Source: an uncultured virus (IMG/VR IMGVR_UViG_3300014836_000525)
Lineage: Duplodnaviria; Heunggongvirae; Uroviricota; Caudoviricetes; Crassvirales
DNA length: 64,000 nt
Direction: 5' to 3' (one strand)
Virus record (IMG/VR): IMGVR_UViG_3300014836_000525
Shown here: piece after piece, positions 55,691 to 64,000 of the stretch
Layout of the letters: each line of letters opens with the position of its first letter
Position numbering within the stretch: the first letter of the stretch is position 1
Notes under the pieces: generated by a model
Database searches by the model: none
Seen by the model: only the letters and a program-made list of their open reading frames with translations
Told to the model about the DNA's origin: nothing
Translations under genes and position numbers: made by a program

Positions 55691-57115
55691 TTATGAAGCA
55701 GTACACTGAAGATCCAAGCTGGTATCGAAACGACGAAGCAAGATACCTGCAGTCTTAAGCATATGTACAGAAGCACCATCAATATCACTTGCACGAGTGT
55801 CATTGCCACTGAATCCTTTAGGGATTACAGAACCAGCAACACACCAACGAAGCATCTCACGGCCTTTCTTGTTAATCATTTGTAGGTTGTTTTCACCATC
55901 ATAAGTAGACTGGTCAACAAATACCATACGATATGATTCAAGTGGAAGACCTGAAACAGGGTGTTTCTTAGATGCTTGAGCCACAGGACCGTGGTCAAAC
56001 AAGTTAGTTTTAACTACATTTACCTTGTGACCATCAACGTGCTCATAGGTAGTGAAGTAACCAGTAATACCAAGGTTACGACCTGATCCAGTGATGAACG
56101 TAGGTTGAGTAGTTTGAAGGTAACTGTTAGAACCATAGTAAGACTTAAGTGCACGGTCAAACTCACGAGCACCACCAATACCAGTGTAAAGGGTTACTTG
56201 CTTGTCTGTAGCATCAGTCATACCATAGAACAAATCACCGATTGTTTCCTCAAGTTTAGCTTGAGTAAGAGTAGAGTAAGAATCTTTGTTGATTACTTGC
56301 TCAAGAAGACCAGGTCCAGATACAACTGGTTGACCATTCTCATCTAGCATAGTGCTAACACCATTTGCATCGTGAGTCTTTTGACCATACCAATAGTACA
56401 TTTCACACTCTTCTTTAAACTTAAGCATGTGACGATACTCTTCGTAGTCCATCCAAAGTTTAGTCTTGCTACCTTCTTTCAAAGGAAGTTCGAATTGTGC
56501 TACGTAATCTTTAGCATTTCCAGAGAAGTGATAAGATTTACGAATAGTACCAATTTTAGAACGAACTAGTCCAGGAGCAGTCCAGTTAGAACCGTTACCA
56601 CGAGAGAAGTCAACTCCTACGTTTGCATACAACTGACCCCAAAGTGCTCCAGGAGAACAGTCAGCAACTGAGATACTTGCAGTATCAGGAGATACAATCT
56701 TCAATGTGTACTTCCAACCATCACCGTCAGGAGTTGGTTCTGACATGATACGAGCCAAAGCACCTGATTGTGAAACCAAAGTGTAAGGGAATACGAACCA
56801 TTTGTCAGGGAAAGAAAGTGTGAAAGGAGCTCCACCAGCACCTACAACAGCCCCAGGGGCAGCTGATACTACTGGACGAACATTAATTTCATGAGTTTTA
56901 ACTCGGTACTCATACTCAAAACGATCGATAGACTTAGTATTTCCAACACCTTCTGTAAGGAAGGATAGTGGGAATTTCTTTTCTTCTCGGCCGGCCAAGT
57001 GAGTAATAATAGGAGACAACTCCTCAGGACGTTCCATAAGAGCATTAACCAACGAGTTAGTGTCGGTCATCTGCGAATCATTATAGTACGTTTTTAATAC
57101 TTGCATTAGTGCCAT
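55691..57115 (-). CDS. major capsid protein (crAss-like, HK97 fold)
   Basis: 474 aa; MTDTNSL, SGPGLLEQ, LYTGIGGAREF, GYFTTYEHVDGH.V and HPVSGLPLESYRM motifs; follows the scaffold gene. Confidence 0.9.
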   Translation of the reverse strand: MALMQVLKTYYNDSQMTDTNSLVNALMERPEELSPIITHLAGREEKKFPLSFLTEGVGNTKSIDRFEYEYRVKTHEINVRPVVSAAPGAVVGAGGAPFTLSFPDKWFVFPYTLVSQSGALARIMSEPTPDGDGWKYTLKIVSPDTASISVADCSPGALWGQLYANVGVDFSRGNGSNWTAPGLVRSKIGTIRKSYHFSGNAKDYVAQFELPLKEGSKTKLWMDYEEYRHMLKFKEECEMYYWYGQKTHDANGVSTMLDENGQPVVSGPGLLEQVINKDSYSTLTQAKLEETIGDLFYGMTDATDKQVTLYTGIGGAREFDRALKSYYGSNSYLQTTQPTFITGSGRNLGITGYFTTYEHVDGHKVNVVKTNLFDHGPVAQASKKHPVSGLPLESYRMVFVDQSTYDGENNLQMINKKGREMLRWCVAGSVIPKGFSGNDTRASDIDGASVHMLKTAGILLRRFDTSLDLQCTAS

Positions 57116-57151
57116 GATACAATTTAATTTAAAAGTTAATCTGTCCTACCA

Positions 57152-58252
57152 TTAGTCCTGGCCGAACATTGTCTTCATATCGAGTTGGTCAACATCAAAC
57201 TTAGCAGCTTTTTTATCTACTCTGCCTGAGCCTCCAACTCTCTTTTCGTTATCTTTAATTTTTTCTCTCAAACTTTGAGCTTGTGCTGAACGAGCTTTAG
57301 TTTGAATAATATCTTCTAGCTTAAATCCTTTGTACATTAAATAGTCAATTGCCAATTTAACATCTAGGTTAGCTTTTTCGTAATCTTCATCTCTTTTAGT
57401 TCTTCCAGCTTTATCTACAGGAGCTGAGATATAATCGAAGAATTTAGATTTCTCTTTTTCAGGGATTCTAATTCCTCCAAACTCTTTTCCATTTTGTAGA
57501 GTATCTGCAACACCTTCCCAGAACTCTCTTTGCTGCTTAACTTGACGAAAATTAGCTTCTCTTTGTGCTTGTACAAGTCGTTCTCTCTCTTGTTCTTGGA
57601 TACCACCTAACTGTTTCTTAGCAACTACTGCCTTATCATACAGTTTGTTTGTGTCCTCGTAGTCTTCAATCATTTCTTTAATGAACTCGTCATCGTGACC
57701 TTTCCTTCTAAAGAACTCAGTTAAAACTGTCTTTTGAACTCGAGTATCATCTTTAGCAATATCTATTCGATTATAGTCAAGAGATGGATTAAATGTTTCA
57801 AAGAACTTCTCTGGGTCTCCACCAGCTAATACAAAATCTAAATGTTTTTGTACAGTTGGGAACTGTTCGAACAAAGACTTAATCTGATCTTCGGCCATAT
57901 TTTGAGCTACATCTTTAGTAAACTCAATCAAACCTTCTTCAGTATCTTCATAATCATCTTCAAGTTCGTAACCTAAAGCTTTAGCAATACTTGAAGTAAC
58001 AGAGGAGTCAATACCGGAACCTTCATCTGAATCATCATCATCTGATTCTTCATCTAAATCTTCCTCTTCCTCGTCTTCATCTTCTTCGTTACTGCCTTGA
58101 TTATCAATGTCTTCATCTTCATCTTCATCTAGATTTTCGTCTAGATTGTTTTCGTCTTTGTCTAGAGCTTCGTCTGCTAGACTTAGACCATCTCCAATTA
58201 CATCGTCAAATGTAATTTCTGAGAAATCTAATTTACCTGTTTGTTTTGCCAT
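57152..58252 (-). CDS. putative capsid scaffolding protein
   Basis: Highly acidic N-terminus and coiled coils; immediately upstream of the MCP. Confidence 0.7.
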   Translation of the reverse strand: MAKQTGKLDFSEITFDDVIGDGLSLADEALDKDENNLDENLDEDEDEDIDNQGSNEEDEDEEEEDLDEESDDDDSDEGSGIDSSVTSSIAKALGYELEDDYEDTEEGLIEFTKDVAQNMAEDQIKSLFEQFPTVQKHLDFVLAGGDPEKFFETFNPSLDYNRIDIAKDDTRVQKTVLTEFFRRKGHDDEFIKEMIEDYEDTNKLYDKAVVAKKQLGGIQEQERERLVQAQREANFRQVKQQREFWEGVADTLQNGKEFGGIRIPEKEKSKFFDYISAPVDKAGRTKRDEDYEKANLDVKLAIDYLMYKGFKLEDIIQTKARSAQAQSLREKIKDNEKRVGGSGRVDKKAAKFDVDQLDMKTMFGQD

Positions 58253-58256
58253 ACTA

Positions 58257-58264
58257 CAAATTTA
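58257..58264 (-). promoter_or_regulatory. Bacteroidota -7 promoter element (TAAATTTG), probably leaderless
   Basis: On the - strand, TAAATTTG-TAGT-ATG. Confidence 0.6.
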
Positions 58265-58318
58265 TTTGATTATGTTTGGTTATTAAGTATAAATTTATTT
58301 TTTATACTAGTCTTTATT

Positions 58319-59791
58319 CTATCTCACTTTTGCTTTAATTCCTCCACAAGTGTAGCACTTAGTTCCACCTTTTTTACGAGAAACTAATAGATCATTACCT
58401 TTACTTCTTACTATCTCTGGGGAAGGAAGTGCAGGAATATTATCTTTTAGTTCGAGTTTATTCATTTGCACCCTACTCTTATCTCTAAGTTCTCTAGCTT
58501 TTGTAGCGTCTTCTAAAGCTTTTGCAGCAGCTGCTTCTTTTTCTTTAGTTTTTCCTACATATCGATAGTAGTCTATTCTATCATCTCTTTCTTGATTGGT
58601 ATTAAAGTAACTTTCTCCAAACCTACCTCTCATACCAGCCTGGGCATTATAAAATGTACCTGCTTCTGTATTTGTAGGGTTACTTGCATCTGCATCACTA
58701 TATATAGTAGTGTGATGAGGCCTTCGTATCATCTTAGTTCCTCCAATATAAGAATCAGGAGCATTTTCTACAAGCAGAGCCATATCCCCAGGCTCTCTTT
58801 TATTTGGATCAATTTTTTCAAATGGAAGTTGCCCTTTTGCAGATTTTTCAGCAAAGGTTACATTTCCTCCAACTATAGGAACATCTGTAGCACCAGCTTG
58901 TTGATAGGCATGACATCCATACGGTGTACAGTATAACTCTCTACCAGGGTCAGCCCCATATTTCCAATCTTGTGTAGTTTTATCAAATTGAGCTACAGTA
59001 TATTTTCCCTGATTTGGAAGTATATCTAGTATTTCTTTTGGAAGTTTTTTTCTATTTGCTTCTAACTCTGTAGGATTAGCAGAATTAATATAGTTATTCC
59101 ACTCAGGAGAATTTTCTAAGTATAGTCGACTATCAGCAGCATCTAATCTCTCAGATGCTGGGATAATATTTTCTCTAACTTTTGCAACTCTTTCTTTTTC
59201 TTGTTTTGCTTCTAATGAAGATTTTTCTAATCTAAGCAGAGCTTCATCATAACCCTGTCTTCCAATCTTATCTAGATTGTAGGGATCTAATGCAGACTCC
59301 ATTTGTTTTGCAGAAGGAAATTTAAGTCCAGCTGTCTGATATTTAACTTTAGACTTTAATCCTCCTCTTAGATACGTACTTGCAGGTGTTTCAATCATTG
59401 TTCCTCTATTAGGGCCCGTAGGCAGGTTAGCTATTCCTGGAGGTACAGACTTATAAGATTCTACCACATTACCTTGGTCATCAACTTTAGTCATATCTAT
59501 CGGAGCCGTTAACCCTTTGGTAGTAAAACTTTGGTTAGGTTGTACGTTAGGGAAGGCCATAGACTGATTAGTCATTCCTTGTTGATGAGCTGGAATTAAA
59601 CCTTGTCGTTGTTCTTCAGGAGTTTGTGCAACTTGCATTTGTTGCTGTTGCTGTTGTTGCATTTGGCTTTGAGTGTACTCTCCAACTAAGTCTACTCCTT
59701 GATCGTAAGCTTTAAACACGTCAGTGTAGCTGCCAGGAAATCCTGCAGCCCTTGCTTTTTGAATAAGTTCTCGTCTTAAATCGTTGGTCAT
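58319..59791 (-). CDS. protein with a C-terminal NlpC/P60 (papain-like Cys-His) putative peptidoglycan hydrolase domain
   Basis: LYCTPYGCHAYQQAG…EPGDMALL…HHTTIY…YYRYVG; Q-rich N-terminal part; KYQTAG and KKGG motifs flank the domain. Confidence 0.6.
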   Translation of the reverse strand: MTNDLRRELIQKARAAGFPGSYTDVFKAYDQGVDLVGEYTQSQMQQQQQQQMQVAQTPEEQRQGLIPAHQQGMTNQSMAFPNVQPNQSFTTKGLTAPIDMTKVDDQGNVVESYKSVPPGIANLPTGPNRGTMIETPASTYLRGGLKSKVKYQTAGLKFPSAKQMESALDPYNLDKIGRQGYDEALLRLEKSSLEAKQEKERVAKVRENIIPASERLDAADSRLYLENSPEWNNYINSANPTELEANRKKLPKEILDILPNQGKYTVAQFDKTTQDWKYGADPGRELYCTPYGCHAYQQAGATDVPIVGGNVTFAEKSAKGQLPFEKIDPNKREPGDMALLVENAPDSYIGGTKMIRRPHHTTIYSDADASNPTNTEAGTFYNAQAGMRGRFGESYFNTNQERDDRIDYYRYVGKTKEKEAAAAKALEDATKARELRDKSRVQMNKLELKDNIPALPSPEIVRSKGNDLLVSRKKGGTKCYTCGGIKAKVR

Positions 59792-60204
59792 GCCAAGAAT
59801 GTAAGTTTATATTTAGCTGAGTTAAGTTTAGACTTAAGTGTATCTAAGTCGTTTACTATCTCTGAATATGGTAAACTTTCTTGTAGATTAGTAACTTTCC
59901 CGTACAAAGTATCAATGTAGCTAAGAGCTTCTTTAACACTATTCATTGGGGAAACAGTTACTGATGGGTATTCTAGCAATGTGCCGGTTACTCCTTGGTA
60001 TCCTTCTGCTAGCCCATCTGCAAAGTCTGGTAATGCATTGTACAACTCACCTAAAGCTTGATGTGCTGCATAACTCCCAGGTCCTTTTACAGTTAGATGA
60101 AGAATATGGAATTTATTAGAAGCATCCATTAATTCTACTACCATGCTTGCTACTGAAGTTTTAGGTTTGGACTTAATCTCCTTAGCTTTATCTATATATC
60201 CCAT
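59788..60204 (-). CDS. ferritin/Dps-like four-helix protein (DUF5856-like)
   Basis: FHILHLTVKGPGSYAAHQALGELY…DGLAEGYQG…KYKLTFL. Confidence 0.75.
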   Translation of the reverse strand: MGYIDKAKEIKSKPKTSVASMVVELMDASNKFHILHLTVKGPGSYAAHQALGELYNALPDFADGLAEGYQGVTGTLLEYPSVTVSPMNSVKEALSYIDTLYGKVTNLQESLPYSEIVNDLDTLKSKLNSAKYKLTFLA

Positions 60205-62408
60205 TATTCTACTGTATTTTGTGAAGCTTTAATGTCTAGTTCCCTTTCCTTTAAAGCTATCTCTTGTTGTTTTACTTCAAAATCTTTTAGCATCTTTTCG
60301 ATACTTGCATTGGCACCTTTCTCAGATGTCTCTGCATTAATCAAAGCTACTTCGATAGTAGTTTGTCTATCCTTTTCCTTATCGATAGATGCCATCTCTG
60401 CTATTCTTTGATTAGACTCAATCTGTTGTTGCTTCATTTGAGCTTCAGCTTCTTCTTGAGCTTTTCTTAATTCTTCAGCTTGTTTCTCAGCCTGTACAAT
60501 TTTATCTTTGATTTGAGAGAAACTATCTGATGATATAATGTCTGCAATTACAGATGCTGGAGTTCCATTCTGAACCATAGCCTGAGCAAGAGCTTCAAGT
60601 TTTTGTTTCTTCTCAATATCTTTTCCTGCATCAGATACAAATATTCCGTATTCTGATTCCATATGATTAAGTGGTTCAATATCAATCTGATCGATAGAAC
60701 CATCAGGCATTACGTACATACCTTTCTTTCCATTTATCCAAGCCTCTTTTGAATAGTCCAAAAGGCCTTGGAGTTCTCTTTGCTCGAAGTGAGAGAACTT
60801 CCTGAATAAATCTTCAGTAATGTGCGAAGATTGCACAATGCTTTGTTGCGAGGTGGCTTTTCCTTCATAAGTTCCCATTTGGCCTTGGCGTTGTCTGGTT
60901 ACCCCACTTAGTTTTTCCCACTCTAAAATAATAGACTCTAACAAGGTTAAGTACTGAGAGATTGTCTTAATAGACATGTCTAGTACTGATTGGTGCTGAG
61001 GAGAAAGTTGAATACCTTCTTTATTGTAATCTACCCAAGCAATACCAGTACCTTCTACAAAGTACATAAACTTGTCCATGTCCCAGTTTTTAGGGATCAT
61101 GTTAATGTCAAATTGAGCAATGATATCCTTACTACGTGCAATAGCCAACTCAAGACGATATTTATAAATATTGTAATTAAGTTGATATGGAATACCCTGA
61201 CTAACTAACGAAATATTTTGAGAGTTAATATCAGAGTATTTACGACCATTAATCGGAAGCTTACATTTAGATGGGTTATCTAAACTAATTCTTTGATTTT
61301 TAAATGGACGAATATTTATATAGAAATGCTTATCAATTCGGGTACCTTCCCATACAGCATTTACCCATTCCCATTCCATCTTTGCTCCGAGCTCTCTTAG
61401 TTCAGGAGTTAGTTTATACCCATCCTCAACATCAAACATCTCTGTAGAGCCAGTGTTTGGATCAGTGTAAGATACAAAACCTATTCTCTTTCTAGATTTC
61501 CAGTAAACTGTAATGACTTCAATTAATCTATTTCTGTAGATATTGTCATCAGCACCAGAAGCTTCAGCCCGATATAACAAGTAGGCTTCGGCTGCCGTTT
61601 GCCTAGGATTTTCTAATTCTAGAATTTGGTCATCAGTTAAGTCTGGACCATAAGCATCAATTATTGTAGATGCATGTGCATACTTACGAATGATTGCCCA
61701 ATCGGCATCCTCTACAAAGTCAATATCCGGATCTTTATCGTAGTCAATATCCAATGGGTTAATTACCTCATAGAATGGTTCATTACGTCGAACTCCTTTG
61801 TGAGAGAAACATTCTCCAGCGACCAGGAAGTGGAACCATTGCTTTTGAAACTTATCATATATCTCATTAAAATACATGATGTAGTTAATTGAAGCTTGCC
61901 CTTTAATTGCTCGAGCATCTACATAGTTTCTATTAAATTCTTCAGCAATCTGCTTTGGAAGTTGAACATCCTGTTGAGCAATATCCTCATTCCCCTGTTT
62001 TGCAAGCTCGTTTAAGAAATGAGCTTTCAGGTTTGTTAATAGTAAGCTTTTAAGAGCCTCTTCTTTCAAACTTACTGAGTCTTGGTTCTGGACAGTAACT
62101 GTATATTCCAATGGACGTTTAGACTTCTCTCCAAGTAGAAGGTCTACCGTTGGCTTAATGATGTTGTAGTTTCTAAGTTTAGATGGAAAGTTTTTTCTAG
62201 TCTTTCCGTATGGTTTAAGTACGTAGTTATAATCTTCTTCATCTACCATACCATTATAGTAATCGTATAGAGTCTTAAGGTAACTACGACGTTCACTTAG
62301 TCCAAACTTAGATAGATTAACAAATGCATCTAAGCAGGATTTACCCCATTTCTCATCCTTTTGAGAAATAGGTAGTCTTTGTTTTGGAATTGAGGCTTGT
62401 CCGAACAT
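60204..62408 (-). CDS. portal protein
   Basis: 734 aa; YDYYNG, NYNIIKP.VDLLLGE, WEGTRI, KLPING and SGVTRQRQG motifs; follows the terminase. Confidence 0.9.
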   Translation of the reverse strand: MFGQASIPKQRLPISQKDEKWGKSCLDAFVNLSKFGLSERRSYLKTLYDYYNGMVDEEDYNYVLKPYGKTRKNFPSKLRNYNIIKPTVDLLLGEKSKRPLEYTVTVQNQDSVSLKEEALKSLLLTNLKAHFLNELAKQGNEDIAQQDVQLPKQIAEEFNRNYVDARAIKGQASINYIMYFNEIYDKFQKQWFHFLVAGECFSHKGVRRNEPFYEVINPLDIDYDKDPDIDFVEDADWAIIRKYAHASTIIDAYGPDLTDDQILELENPRQTAAEAYLLYRAEASGADDNIYRNRLIEVITVYWKSRKRIGFVSYTDPNTGSTEMFDVEDGYKLTPELRELGAKMEWEWVNAVWEGTRIDKHFYINIRPFKNQRISLDNPSKCKLPINGRKYSDINSQNISLVSQGIPYQLNYNIYKYRLELAIARSKDIIAQFDINMIPKNWDMDKFMYFVEGTGIAWVDYNKEGIQLSPQHQSVLDMSIKTISQYLTLLESIILEWEKLSGVTRQRQGQMGTYEGKATSQQSIVQSSHITEDLFRKFSHFEQRELQGLLDYSKEAWINGKKGMYVMPDGSIDQIDIEPLNHMESEYGIFVSDAGKDIEKKQKLEALAQAMVQNGTPASVIADIISSDSFSQIKDKIVQAEKQAEELRKAQEEAEAQMKQQQIESNQRIAEMASIDKEKDRQTTIEVALINAETSEKGANASIEKMLKDFEVKQQEIALKERELDIKASQNTVE

Positions 62409-62413
62409 TACTA

Positions 62414-62421
62414 CAAAATTA
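62414..62421 (-). promoter_or_regulatory. Bacteroidota -7 promoter element (TAATTTTG), probably leaderless
   Basis: On the - strand, TAATTTTG-TAGTA-ATG. Confidence 0.6.
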
Positions 62422-62508
62422 CCTTTGTTTTTAATAAAGTTATAAAATTACACTAAAAATAGTCAATTTAGACAAACTATTTAGTGTATCACATAAATTA
62501 AGTGTTGG

Positions 62509-64000
62509 TTAAGAGTATATCTTATCAAACCAATCATTGCTAGAGTTATCTGCATTATTGTAAACAAGTTGCTTTGAGTACATTTCTTTCATATGGTACA
62601 TGCCAATCATTAAGGCCATGGCACGGTCAAAGTTACCTTTTTTATTAAACTTCATTAACTCTTGAAGTAAAGCTGGGTCATAAATCTTCTGAAGATTAAT
62701 AGTTATAGTACCGTCCTCGTCTGCCCCTCTACCACTAACAAGCCAATCTCGAAGATAAATCTCTCCTTGGTTTTTCCTAGCTTCGGTCATGTGCATGCCG
62801 TACTGTCTATTTACTTTCTTACTTCTAAGTTCTTTTTTATCAAGCATTTCAAATTCTTCTTGAAGTAAGTGTAACTTTTTAAATCGTTTAGCGTATGCTA
62901 TTACTTCTCCTCGGTCATTCTCAAATCCAATCTTTCCATTGTAGTATTCGGCCAACATAAATAAGTTTCTATTGTACTCATCTTGAGATGCAGGTCTTCC
63001 TACATAGCTGGCAACTATTAAGTCATCTGGTTGAGACATATTATTAGGGACCTTAAGTACATAAGTAGCTCCTAAGGATACTCCTGTAGTAGATGTTCCG
63101 TGTGCATATGGGTCATGACAGATGACATACATATTCCTAGGAGTAATTTCATCTTTATCTTTAAATGGAGCTTCGTATACAACTACGGCACCAGTTAAGT
63201 CGTCATCTTTTCTATGTGGGAATTTGTAAACTGGTCTAGCATCTCCATTGGCTTTAAAGTCAGGCTTACCTTTAGAGTTATAGTACATCTCCCCAGCTAC
63301 TCCGATTGTATGTAAGTTGTTAGATATCACTCTGTTATACTGCTCTTTTAATGAGGCTGTATCTAGAATGTTAGCTGTAACTTGCAGTGTAGCTTCCTGG
63401 GGACTAAATGGATGCTCAGCTATGTATTGGTCAAAAGCTTTTGGGTCATTACCTTTTCGTTTATTTTCCCTCTGCTCTTCTTCAAAGGTCATAGCTTCTT
63501 CTATTAAACTATTTCCCTCTCCATCCATAAAGCCATCTAAGTTCTGATAGATTGGAACAAAGTAACCACAACTTGTTCCATAAGCTCCTGCATCCCACTC
63601 GTTCTCAAACTCGAGGCAGTTGTAAGCTTTTGGATGATAGAATAATTCTTCCAATCCTTCAAATCCTGGACCTTCTTCACCACCAGTACCAAAGGCAATC
63701 ATAGTTCCAAGTGTTTTAGAACCTTGTTTCATAGTAGGCATAGCTACCTCCCAAGCTTTAAGCAACCCTGAGAATGAACCTGATTCCTCGAAGAAGATTA
63801 ACTCACCGGCTTTACCACGGACTTTATCTGGATCATCTTTTAGAGATACCCCGATAACTTGACTCTTCATTCCTAGGGACACATCGGCCCCATTAACTTT
63901 CTTTTTGTAACCAGCTTGCCTGTGCATCATCTGGTCAATTAACCTAGGCTGAGTCCATGCTGTATTATCATCAATAAATGATATGAAATCCCAAGTCTTA
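62509..64000 (-). CDS. terL: terminase large subunit (5'-truncated by the window edge)
   Basis: The frame stays open to the window end; RGKAG…FFEESG (Walker B), GTGG, HDPY, FENDRG and GNFDRAMA nuclease motifs. Confidence 0.9.
   Translation of the reverse strand, partial: KTWDFISFIDDNTAWTQPRLIDQMMHRQAGYKKKVNGADVSLGMKSQVIGVSLKDDPDKVRGKAGELIFFEESGSFSGLLKAWEVAMPTMKQGSKTLGTMIAFGTGGEEGPGFEGLEELFYHPKAYNCLEFENEWDAGAYGTSCGYFVPIYQNLDGFMDGEGNSLIEEAMTFEEEQRENKRKGNDPKAFDQYIAEHPFSPQEATLQVTANILDTASLKEQYNRVISNNLHTIGVAGEMYYNSKGKPDFKANGDARPVYKFPHRKDDDLTGAVVVYEAPFKDKDEITPRNMYVICHDPYAHGTSTTGVSLGATYVLKVPNNMSQPDDLIVASYVGRPASQDEYNRNLFMLAEYYNGKIGFENDRGEVIAYAKRFKKLHLLQEEFEMLDKKELRSKKVNRQYGMHMTEARKNQGEIYLRDWLVSGRGADEDGTITINLQKIYDPALLQELMKFNKKGNFDRAMALMIGMYHMKEMYSKQLVYNNADNSSNDWFDKIYS

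Noticed and set aside
59636..59662. CAA/CAG poly-Gln tract, and GAA/GAT acidic repeats in the scaffold gene
   Set aside because: Ordinary in-frame low-complexity coding sequence with no sign of phase variation
1124..63547. Numerous short antisense or alternate-frame ORFs in the ORF track (e.g. 2333-2716, 4613-4999, 47149-47586, 58592-58936)
   Set aside because: They lie within or opposite well-supported genes, many rely on non-ATG starts, and none has a recognisable motif
1..64000. Stop-codon reassignment (known in some crAss-like phages)
   Set aside because: Genes up to 7.4 kb are uninterrupted in the standard code and coding density is near complete
1..64000. CRISPR array, tRNAs, DGR/reverse transcriptase, integrase, introns or inteins
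   Set aside because: Intergenic gaps are short (about 140 nt or less), and I saw no repeat-spacer pattern, cloverleaf, RT/integrase motif or split core gene; this was by eye only

Overview
A 64-kb piece of a lytic crAss-like phage genome (Crassvirales-type), probably infecting a Bacteroidota host. It is AT-rich and reads in the standard genetic code. Two gene arms converge on a bidirectional terminator near 15.44 kb. The + arm (1-15.4 kb) holds replication and nucleotide-metabolism genes: DnaA domain IV-like protein, SF2 helicase, initiator-like protein, DnaB, AAA ATPase, SSB-like protein, primase, PD-(D/E)XK nuclease, rIIA/rIIB, 5'-3' exonuclease, UDG and MazG-like proteins. The - arm (64 kb down to 15.5 kb) is the virion module: terminase (cut by the window edge), portal, ferritin-like protein, NlpC/P60-type protein, scaffold, major capsid protein, ring/tail proteins, small basic proteins, IHF-like protein, muzzle, and five large likely-ejected proteins including a virion RNA polymerase (DFDVD motif). 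No DNA polymerase, tRNA, CRISPR array, integrase or reverse transcriptase was recognised. Three unexplained patterns stand out. (1) Three consecutive giant proteins (6111 aa) have only four cysteines, all at abutting C/N termini, suggesting a head-to-tail linked ejection chain. (2) A KY(Q)xAG / KxxGG motif is shared by four unrelated late proteins, possibly a packaging or processing tag. (3) A 378-bp in-frame cassette with 8-bp direct repeats sits inside one giant gene. All annotations come from reading motifs by eye; no database searches were run.
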